A stretch of DNA of 33,255 nucleotides from Octopus bimaculoides (taxonomy: Eukaryota). Position numbers and translations under genes: made by a program. The notes under the pieces are model-generated. The model did not search any database and was not told where the DNA came from. It was given only the letters and a program-made list of their open reading frames with translations. Numbering within the stretch: the first letter of the stretch is position 1; the number at the start of each line of letters is the position of its first letter. Below, in pieces: positions 33,040 through 33,255 of this stretch. The stretch is from NCBI RefSeq assembly GCF_001194135.2, contig NC_068991.1:24152525-24185779 (forward strand). The letters run 5' to 3'.

Positions 33040-33114
33040 AGAATATCATACTGATGACGGAAATGAATTTTTTTACTATTCTGATCCAGAAACGCGTCTA
33101 TGCTTGTCTATTCT
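33040..33114 (+). ncRNA. Minimal type-I hammerhead ribozyme with canonical core
   Basis: cata-CTGATGA(33051-57)-c gga...tcc a-GAAAC(33089-93)-gc-GTC(33096-98)-tatg. Stem I cata/tatg extends to agaata/tattct; stem II is gga/tcc plus gaat/attc; stem III is the palindrome ACGCGT. Confidence 0.75.
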
Positions 33115-33255
33115 TGTTTTGCCTTCTGTTGGAGACTTATTGTAGTAGTAGAATTAGCACTTTAACTGCTATTTCTAAAATTCGGTATGTGGTGAAGTAA
33201 CTATTGCTGATCGCTTAATTATGTTTATAATTTTAAAAGAACTTTTTTTTATATA

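Overview
Repeat-dense, AT-rich animal genomic DNA. The SINE families and microsatellite style look like octopus (coleoid cephalopod); this is an inference from pattern recognition, not a database match. Seven N-gaps, six touching a microsatellite, suggest a short-read assembly. No intact host protein-coding gene, rRNA, true tRNA or CRISPR array is supported, and the long ORFs in the track are microsatellite or N-gap artefacts. The window contains about 20 tRNA-derived SINE copies in 5 families, 4 fragments of restriction-like-endonuclease (R4/Dong-type) LINEs that all abut (TAA)n, a decayed RTE/BovB-type LINE (28.0-31.3 kb), L1/Tx1-like ORF1 and ORF2 remnants, a CR1-like RT fragment and several minisatellites. 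The main unexplained signal is three minimal hammerhead-ribozyme folds of the Penelope-like-element type with palindromic stem III: one with a canonical core (33.05 kb) and two with unrelated flanks sharing a compensatory U3:A8 core (21.15 and 25.7 kb). Also notable are a 59-nt templated copy bracketed by 24-bp perfect inverted repeats, several AT-rich palindromes, and a CpG-dense TATA-bearing island in the only repeat-poor stretch.
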